Source of the DNA: an uncultured delta proteobacterium
Lineage (GTDB): Bacteria; Myxococcota; Myxococcia; Myxococcales; Anaeromyxobacteraceae
Assembly (NCBI GenBank): GCA_963828255.1
Contig: CAWHDZ010000031.1
Location: forward strand, 82,659-146,658
Length of the DNA: 64,000 nt
Reading direction: 5' to 3'
Shown here one piece after another: positions 58,489 to 64,000 of the stretch. Numbering within the stretch: the stretch's first letter is position 1; every line of letters begins with the position of its first letter. A model generated the notes under the pieces. The model saw nothing but the letters and a program-made list of their open reading frames with translations, was not told the DNA's origin and ran no database searches. Made by a program: the position numbers and the translations under genes.

Positions 58489-59616
58489 CTACGGGACGCG
58501 GCAGCGGACCAGGTTCACCTCGAGCGGTCCGTTCCAGAGCCGGTGGGTCCATTCGGGACGCATTCCGAGATTTCGCTCCAGCAGCGGGTTGCCGGAGAGC
58601 ACGAGGACGCTCCACCCGTGGAAGCGCTGGAAGGCCTCGGCGAGCCCCCGGTAGAACCCGGCCAGTTGCAGGGGCTGGCCGCCGATCCGCTCCCCGTAGG
58701 GGGGGTTGGTGCAGATGGTGCCGCCCTCGCCGAAGGGCTCCACGGTGCGGGCCTCGGCGAGCAGGACCTCGATGTCCGCCTCGACCCCCGCCGCCCGCGC
58801 GTTCCGCCGGGCCGCGTCGAGCGCCTCCTCGTCGCGGTCGCTGGCGCGGATGGGGGCCGGGGCGCGGGGGAGGATCGCGCCCCTCGCCTCCTCCTTCATG
58901 CGGTCCCAGGACGACTGCCACTCCCCCCGGTAGCGCGGCCAGCGCTGGAAGCCGAAGACGCGTCCCAGCCCCGGCGCGATCCGGCGTGCCGAGAGCGCCT
59001 GCTCGATCGGGAGCGTCCCCGAGCCGCAGAGCGGGTCGAGGAAGGGGCGGTCGGCCGCCACCTCGCCGAGCGCCAGCATGGAGGCGGCCAGCGTCTCCTT
59101 GAGCGGAGCCTCGGTCACCGTGTTCCGCCAGCCGCGCCGGTAGAGGGGGGCGCCGGAGAGGTCGAGGGAGAGCTCGGCCTGCCCGCGCGAGAGGTGGAGC
59201 ACGATGCGGACGTCGGGGTCGCGGGTGTCCACGTCGGGGCGACCGCCCAGCGCGTCGCGCAGCGAGTCCACGATGCCGTCCTTCACCTTGAGCGCAACGA
59301 AGCCGGTGTGGTGCAGCCCCGGGGCGGTCCCGGTGGCGTCGACCGCCAGGGTGGTCTTCACGTTCAGCCACTCGGTCCAGTCGACGGTGCGGACGCCGTC
59401 GTAGAGCGCCTTGGCGTCGGGGCAGGGGAAGGAGGCGAGCGGTGCGAGCACCCGCATGGCGGTGCGGGACCAGAGGCAGGCCCGCATGCCGGCCTCCATG
59501 CGCCCCTCGAAGGTGACCGCGCCGCGGGACCCCCTCAGGTGCTTCATCCCCAGCGAGGCGAGCTCCCCGCGCACCGCGCCCTCGGTGCCCCGGGCGCAGG
59601 TGGCGACGAGCTTCAC
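58489..59616 (-). CDS. THUMP-domain SAM-dependent RNA methyltransferase (RlmL-like)
   Basis: LSLDLSGAPLYRRGW, APLKETLAA, LDPLCGSGT and TNPPYGER. GTG 59616 overlaps the GGDEF gene's TGA. Confidence 0.9.
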   Translation of the reverse strand: MKLVATCARGTEGAVRGELASLGMKHLRGSRGAVTFEGRMEAGMRACLWSRTAMRVLAPLASFPCPDAKALYDGVRTVDWTEWLNVKTTLAVDATGTAPGLHHTGFVALKVKDGIVDSLRDALGGRPDVDTRDPDVRIVLHLSRGQAELSLDLSGAPLYRRGWRNTVTEAPLKETLAASMLALGEVAADRPFLDPLCGSGTLPIEQALSARRIAPGLGRVFGFQRWPRYRGEWQSSWDRMKEEARGAILPRAPAPIRASDRDEEALDAARRNARAAGVEADIEVLLAEARTVEPFGEGGTICTNPPYGERIGGQPLQLAGFYRGLAEAFQRFHGWSVLVLSGNPLLERNLGMRPEWTHRLWNGPLEVNLVRCRVP

Positions 59617-60557
59617 GTACCGGACTCCGTCGCGTCCCACGACCCGGCCTGCCAGCGGTCCTTGCCGGATTGCTTGGCCTTGTACATGAGCTCGTCGGCG
59701 CGGAGGATCATCTCGTCCACCGAGGCCGGAGGACGGAGGAAGGTGGCCACCCCGATGCTGAAGGTCACCGCGTCCGCCCTCCCGGCCAGGGCCTCGCGGA
59801 GCTGGACCCGGAGCCGGTCGGCCAGCGCGACGGCGCCGGCGCGGTCCACCTCGGGGAGGAGCACGCCGAACTCGTCGCCGCCCAGCCGGGCCACCGTGTC
59901 GAGTCCGCGCACCGCCTGCCGGAGCGTGACCCCCACGGCCGAGAGCACGGCGTCCCCGGCCACGTGCCCGAGCCGGTCGTTGACCAGCTTGAAGTCGTCG
60001 CAGTCGATGTAGAGCAGCGAGAGCGGCCGGCCGTGCCGGCGGCCGCGCTCCAGCTCCAGCCAGGCGGCCTCGACGAAGGCGCGCCGGTTGGAGAGGGAGG
60101 TGAGCGGGTCGGTGCGGGCCGCCTGCTGCTCGTGCATGAGCCGCTTCTTGAAGGCGTCGAGCACCACGGCGAGGAGCAGGAAGACCCCGAGCTGCTGGGC
60201 GGCGTTCCAGGTCAGCACCGGCAGCGCCAGCTGCTCCCCGGAGAGGCGGGAGCTCTCGACCCCGCAGACCGCGGCGAGCAGCGCGAGCCCGATGCCCGGG
60301 CCCAGGCCGGCGAAGAAGGTCCCGAAGCCGACGGGGCCGAGGTAGAGGAGCGTCACGTCCACGCCTGGGCCGGTGTAGACGTCGGCGGCGGCCACCGAGA
60401 CCACGGCGGCGGCGGCCATCGCGGTGGTGGCTGCCGGAGTGAACCCCTGGGTCCAGGGTTTCAGGTCACGACGGATCCCGGGGGCGGGTGTCGTCACCCC
60501 GCCCTGCGCGTCGCCACGCGCGCCGTTTTCCCCGAGTTTCGTGACTGCCCCCTCCAT
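59613..60557 (-). CDS. Membrane-bound diguanylate cyclase
   Basis: N-terminal TM segments, TDPLTSLSNRR, DDFKLVND, I-site RGLD and RLGGDEF. Start uncertain (60557 or 60590). Confidence 0.92.
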   Translation of the reverse strand: MEGAVTKLGENGARGDAQGGVTTPAPGIRRDLKPWTQGFTPAATTAMAAAAVVSVAAADVYTGPGVDVTLLYLGPVGFGTFFAGLGPGIGLALLAAVCGVESSRLSGEQLALPVLTWNAAQQLGVFLLLAVVLDAFKKRLMHEQQAARTDPLTSLSNRRAFVEAAWLELERGRRHGRPLSLLYIDCDDFKLVNDRLGHVAGDAVLSAVGVTLRQAVRGLDTVARLGGDEFGVLLPEVDRAGAVALADRLRVQLREALAGRADAVTFSIGVATFLRPPASVDEMILRADELMYKAKQSGKDRWQAGSWDATESGT

Positions 60558-60654
60558 CGCGCGACCCCGTGCCGGTTCCGAGGGCACCATGCTAGCCCCA
60601 AACCCCAAAACCGGGGACAAGATGCCAACCACCTGGAATGAGAAGCACCTTTCC

Positions 60655-60719
60655 TGACACCCCGGATGGGTGTCAAGAGGCGTCACCCGAATGTCCCGGG
60701 GCCGACGCGGGATCGTCAC
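60655..60719 (+). promoter_or_regulatory. Pho-box-like repeats and palindrome upstream of the phoB-like gene
   Basis: YGTCA-like units at 60671, 60681, 60692 and 60714 (10/11/22-nt spacing). Perfect inverted repeat TGACACCC-N5-GGGTGTCA at 60655-60675. Confidence 0.45.
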
Positions 60720-60743
60720 GTCGCCGCGGGTTAAGAGGGAACC

Positions 60744-61436
60744 GTGCCAAACGTACTCGTGGTCGACGACGAGCGAGACCTCGTCAGCCTGCTCGACTTC
60801 AACCTCCGCCAGTCCGGGTTCGAGACCACGCTCGCCTACGCCGGGGAGGAGGCCCTGAACGCGGCCCGCCGCCGGCCGCCCGACCTGGTGCTCCTCGACC
60901 TCATGCTCCCCGACATGTCGGGGACCGAGGTGTGCCGCCAGCTCAAGTCCGACCCGCGCACACGCGCCGTTCCGGTCATCGTGCTCACCGCCCGCGGGGA
61001 GGAGCTCGACCGGGTGGTGGGGTTCGAGCTGGGCGCCGACGACTACGTGGTGAAGCCCTTCAGCGTGCGCGAGCTTGTACTCCGGGTGAAGGCAGTCCTG
61101 CGGCGCGCCGGGCAGCAGCGGAGCGACAAGCCGGTCACCGAGGTGGGACCCGTCCGCATCGACGTGGACGCGCACCGGGCCTGGGTTCGCGGTGAGGCCC
61201 TCGACCTCACCCCGCTCGAGTTCAAGCTGCTCTCCACCCTGGTCACCCGGGCCGGCCGCGTCCAGTCGCGGGAGCGGTTGCTCGCCGACGTGTGGGAGAT
61301 GTCGAGCGAGCTCGAGACCCGGACGGTGGACACCCACGTGAAGCGGCTGCGCGAGAAGCTGGGGCCGGCCCGCGACCTGCTCGAGACGGTCCGCGGCGTG
61401 GGATACCGGCTGCTCGACCCGGCCGACGGGGAGTGA
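60744..61436 (+). CDS. phoB: OmpR/PhoB-family response regulator (PhoB-like)
   Basis: VVDDE, LLDLMLPDMSG, LTARGEELDRVVGFELGADDYVVKPFS, RTVDTHVKRLREKL and TVRGVGYR. Confidence 0.85.
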   Translation: MPNVLVVDDERDLVSLLDFNLRQSGFETTLAYAGEEALNAARRRPPDLVLLDLMLPDMSGTEVCRQLKSDPRTRAVPVIVLTARGEELDRVVGFELGADDYVVKPFSVRELVLRVKAVLRRAGQQRSDKPVTEVGPVRIDVDAHRAWVRGEALDLTPLEFKLLSTLVTRAGRVQSRERLLADVWEMSSELETRTVDTHVKRLREKLGPARDLLETVRGVGYRLLDPADGE

Positions 61437-61439
61437 GCG

Positions 61440-62615
61440 GTGTCGGTCTTTCGCGATCCCGTGCAGGCGGCCATCCGCGCCCTCGAGGCGGAGCTGGGCG
61501 GCGGGCCCCGCGCCGACCTCCCTCCCGGCGTGGACCGGCTCGCCTCCCTCCTCCTGCAGCGCGAGGAGCGGCTCCGCGCCATCGAGAAGGCCCAGCCGGA
61601 ACGCGAACTGCTCGCGGCCATGCCCGACGCGGCCGGCCTCATCGCCGCCGACGGCAGGCTCCGCGCCTGCAACGCCGCGCTCGACGGGATGGCGCCGGGG
61701 GGGCGCGCCATCGGGCTCACACTCCTCGAGATCACCCGCCAGGCCGAGCTGGCCGACGCAGCCCAGCGCGCGCTGGAGGGCACGCCCAAGCGGCTCGAGA
61801 TCAAGCTCGGTGCACGAACCTGGATCGCCAACGTGACGCCGCTCCTGCGGGGCGAGGTGCTGGCGCTGCTCCGGGACGTGACCGAGGCCCGCATGGCCGA
61901 GTCCACCCGGCGTGACTTCGTCGCCAACGCCAGCCACGAGCTGCGAACGCCCGTCTCGGCCATCGCCGGCGCCGCCGAGACCCTCCTCTCCGGCGCCATG
62001 GACGACCCGGCCCAGGCCCGCTCCTTCGTGGAGATGATCGCCCGCAACGCCGAGCGGCTGGCCCGGCTCACCAACGACCTGCTCGACCTCTCGCGCATCG
62101 AGTCGCGCCAGTGGCCGGTGAAGCTCGAGCCGGTGTCGGTGGGAGGGACGGCGCAGCGCGCGGTGGAGGTCTGCTCCGAGCCGGCCCGCCGCAAGCGCAT
62201 CGAGCTCCGCGTCGATGTGCCGGAGGGCACCGCGGTGCTCGCCGACGCCCGCGCCCTCGAGCAGGTGCTGGTGAACCTGCTCGACAACGCGGTGAAGTAC
62301 ACACCCGACGGAGGCAGGGCCACGGTGACGGCATCCGTCGTCGCCGGCGACCGGATCGAGGTGGTGGTCGCCGACACCGGTCCGGGCATCGAGCGCCACC
62401 ACCTCCCTCGCCTGTTCGAGCGCTTCTACCGGGTCGATCCGGGCCGCTCCCGCGGGGCGGGAGGGACCGGCCTGGGGCTCGCCATCGTGAAGCACCTCGT
62501 GCAGATGCAGGCGGGCGACATCGGCGTGGACACCGGCTCGGGGGGGACCTTCTTCCGCGTGCGGCTTCCGCGCGCCGTGGCCCCCGCCGCGCCTGCTGCT
62601 CCTGCGCCGCCCTGA
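61440..62615 (+). CDS. phoR: Sensor histidine kinase, PhoR-like, lacking TM segments
   Basis: PAS-like region, RRDFVANASHELRTP, NLLDNAVKY, HLPRLFERFYRVD and GGTGLGLAIVKH. Confidence 0.82.
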   Translation: MSVFRDPVQAAIRALEAELGGGPRADLPPGVDRLASLLLQREERLRAIEKAQPERELLAAMPDAAGLIAADGRLRACNAALDGMAPGGRAIGLTLLEITRQAELADAAQRALEGTPKRLEIKLGARTWIANVTPLLRGEVLALLRDVTEARMAESTRRDFVANASHELRTPVSAIAGAAETLLSGAMDDPAQARSFVEMIARNAERLARLTNDLLDLSRIESRQWPVKLEPVSVGGTAQRAVEVCSEPARRKRIELRVDVPEGTAVLADARALEQVLVNLLDNAVKYTPDGGRATVTASVVAGDRIEVVVADTGPGIERHHLPRLFERFYRVDPGRSRGAGGTGLGLAIVKHLVQMQAGDIGVDTGSGGTFFRVRLPRAVAPAAPAAPAPP

Positions 62616-62627
62616 TTCGACTCCATC

Positions 62628-62649
62628 CCGTCACCGAGGCTTCACGGTG
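62628..62649 (+). promoter_or_regulatory. Pho-box-like direct repeat upstream of the porin gene
   Basis: CGTCACC-GAGG-CTTCACG, with GTCAC at 62630 and TTCAC at 62641 (11-nt period). Confidence 0.5.
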
Positions 62650-62733
62650 GATGCGGTCCGGACGTCGTAGATCCCTGCCGCCTCCTGCCGAGGCACCCGG
62701 GCGACCCCCGCCCGCCATGAGGGAGCCATACAG

Positions 62734-64000
62734 ATGAGAAGGATTTCCGTCCTCGGAGCCGCGGCGCTGCTCGCCGTGCTCCCCGCAGCAGCCCACGCCC
62801 AGTCCGCGACCTCCGCCGACGTGGTGGTCCGGGAGAGCACCACCGTCGTCGTGAAGGAGGCGCCGAAGCCGTCGCCGGTCACCTTCACTCCGTACGGCTT
62901 CTTCCTCTTCAACGCCTTCTTCAACGACTCCATCGGGCGCAACTACCCGCTCCCGAGCCGCTGCAATGGCGGCGCCATCTGCGAGGGCAACGTCCTCTTC
63001 GACGTGCGCCAGACCCGTCTCGGGTCGCGCCTCTCCTTCAACGACACGGCCGGCTGGACCGGCGCCGTCCTCTCGGCGCTCGTGGAGGTCGACTTCAACG
63101 GCGGCTACACCGGCGCGGTCCCGACCGGCTCGGCCGCCTTCTACAACCCGGCCATCCGGCTCCGGAAGGCCTACACGGACGCCGCCTGGGGCTCCGAGTC
63201 GAAGTTCACGCTCCGCGTCGGCCAGGACGACCGGCTCATCTCCCCGCTGCGCCCGGTCAGCCTCGCCTACGTGGCGAACCCGCTCTTCCAGAACGCCGGC
63301 CTCCAGCACGGCCGCGCTCCCATGATCCAGGTGCGCTGGGATCTCGCGCCGAAGGACGGCCTCGCCGTCAGCGTCGCCGCCGCGGCCCTCAATCCCCAGG
63401 ACAACACCGCCACCGACAACGGGGTCTCTCCGTCCTCCGCGGTGGACCTCGGCGCCGGCAACCGGTCGCGCGTCCCCGACTTCGAGGGGCGCATCGGCGC
63501 GGGCCTCCGCAGCGGCGGCAAGACCGTCGTCGGCGTGGGCGCCTGGGCTGGCTGGCAGAAGAACCGCTTCGTGAGCCCTGCCACCGACACCAACGTCGAC
63601 GTGAACTCGTACATCTACGGCGCCGACCTGACCCTGAACCTCTGGTTCATCCAGGTTCTCGGCGGGATCTCCAGGGCTACGGCTACGACCGCCCGGCACG
63701 CTCGGCGCGACCCAGGGCATCGCCCTCACCGTCACGCGGGCCACCCCCACGAGCCCCTTCGCCATCACCGGCACCAACGCCGTGCCGCGCCAAGAACGGC
63801 TGGTTCCAGGTCTCGGCCCGGCCCATCGAGCCCCTCGAAGATCTACGGCGGCTGGGGCGGCACGCAGAGCCCGTTCAGCGCCTACGAGGGCAGCGTCCTC
63901 GCCGTGGCCGGCACCCGGGTCCAGAACTTCATGTGGGCCGCCGGCATCGTCGGATACGCCGGCAAGAACTGGCGCATGTCGGCGGAGTACGGCCGGGCCA
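62734..64000 (+). CDS. Outer-membrane porin (DcaP-like), 3'-truncated by the window edge; apparent compensating frameshifts at 63670-63840
   Basis: Not in the ORF track because there is no stop in the window. SD GAGGGAG, signal peptide ending AHA, TPYGF, RQTRLG, VEVDF, RLRKAY, LRVGQ and PDFEGR. Confidence 0.8.
   Translation, partial: MRRISVLGAAALLAVLPAAAHAQSATSADVVVRESTTVVVKEAPKPSPVTFTPYGFFLFNAFFNDSIGRNYPLPSRCNGGAICEGNVLFDVRQTRLGSRLSFNDTAGWTGAVLSALVEVDFNGGYTGAVPTGSAAFYNPAIRLRKAYTDAAWGSESKFTLRVGQDDRLISPLRPVSLAYVANPLFQNAGLQHGRAPMIQVRWDLAPKDGLAVSVAAAALNPQDNTATDNGVSPSSAVDLGAGNRSRVPDFEGRIGAGLRSGGKTVVGVGAWAGWQKNRFVSPATDTNVDVNSYIYGADLTLNLWFIQVLGGISRATATTARHARRDPGHRPHRHAGHPHEPLRHHRHQRRAAPRTAGSRSRPGPSSPSKIYGGWGGTQSPFSAYEGSVLAVAGTRVQNFMWAAGIVGYAGKNWRMSAEYGRA

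Overview
Very GC-rich, gene-dense bacterial window. Gene content (DUF4388 and MshEN-domain proteins, Lys/Ala-rich tails, HNH family) suggests an Anaeromyxobacter-like member of Myxococcota, which is an inference. About 59 CDS can be supported. 1-25.7 kb holds housekeeping and envelope genes: 5'-truncated ppdK, a transpeptidase, TlpA, a MaoC pair, ExbBD/TolQR, apaG, a sirtuin, two tandem POT transporters and an Lhr helicase. 26-30.3 kb is an accessory patch with an HNH endonuclease, a DUF4442 protein, and a radical SAM enzyme paired with a lipoprotein. 30.5-55.7 kb is a beta-oxidation cluster for fatty or dicarboxylic acids (gcdH-like, pimCDFB-like, pcaF-like, ABC transporter plus acyl-CoA ligase, fadH). 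It has an IclR regulator and a shared 17-bp palindrome at three promoters, and is interrupted by an orphan YjjJ/HipA-like kinase. The window ends with a GGDEF protein, an RlmL-like methylase, a phoB/phoR-like pair and a porin with Pho-box-like repeats. The main finding is two convergent genes at 55.7-57.8 kb, each broken by the ORF caller at an in-frame TGA, that look like exported selenoproteins. One is a signal-peptide thioredoxin-TPR protein with a WAPW-U-KT-C (UxxC) site. The other is an outer-membrane beta-barrel whose TGA falls exactly at the first residue after the signal peptide and is followed by a hairpin whose GGUC apex sits at the same offset as in the E. coli fdhF SECIS. No rRNA, tRNA, CRISPR array or transposase was recognised.
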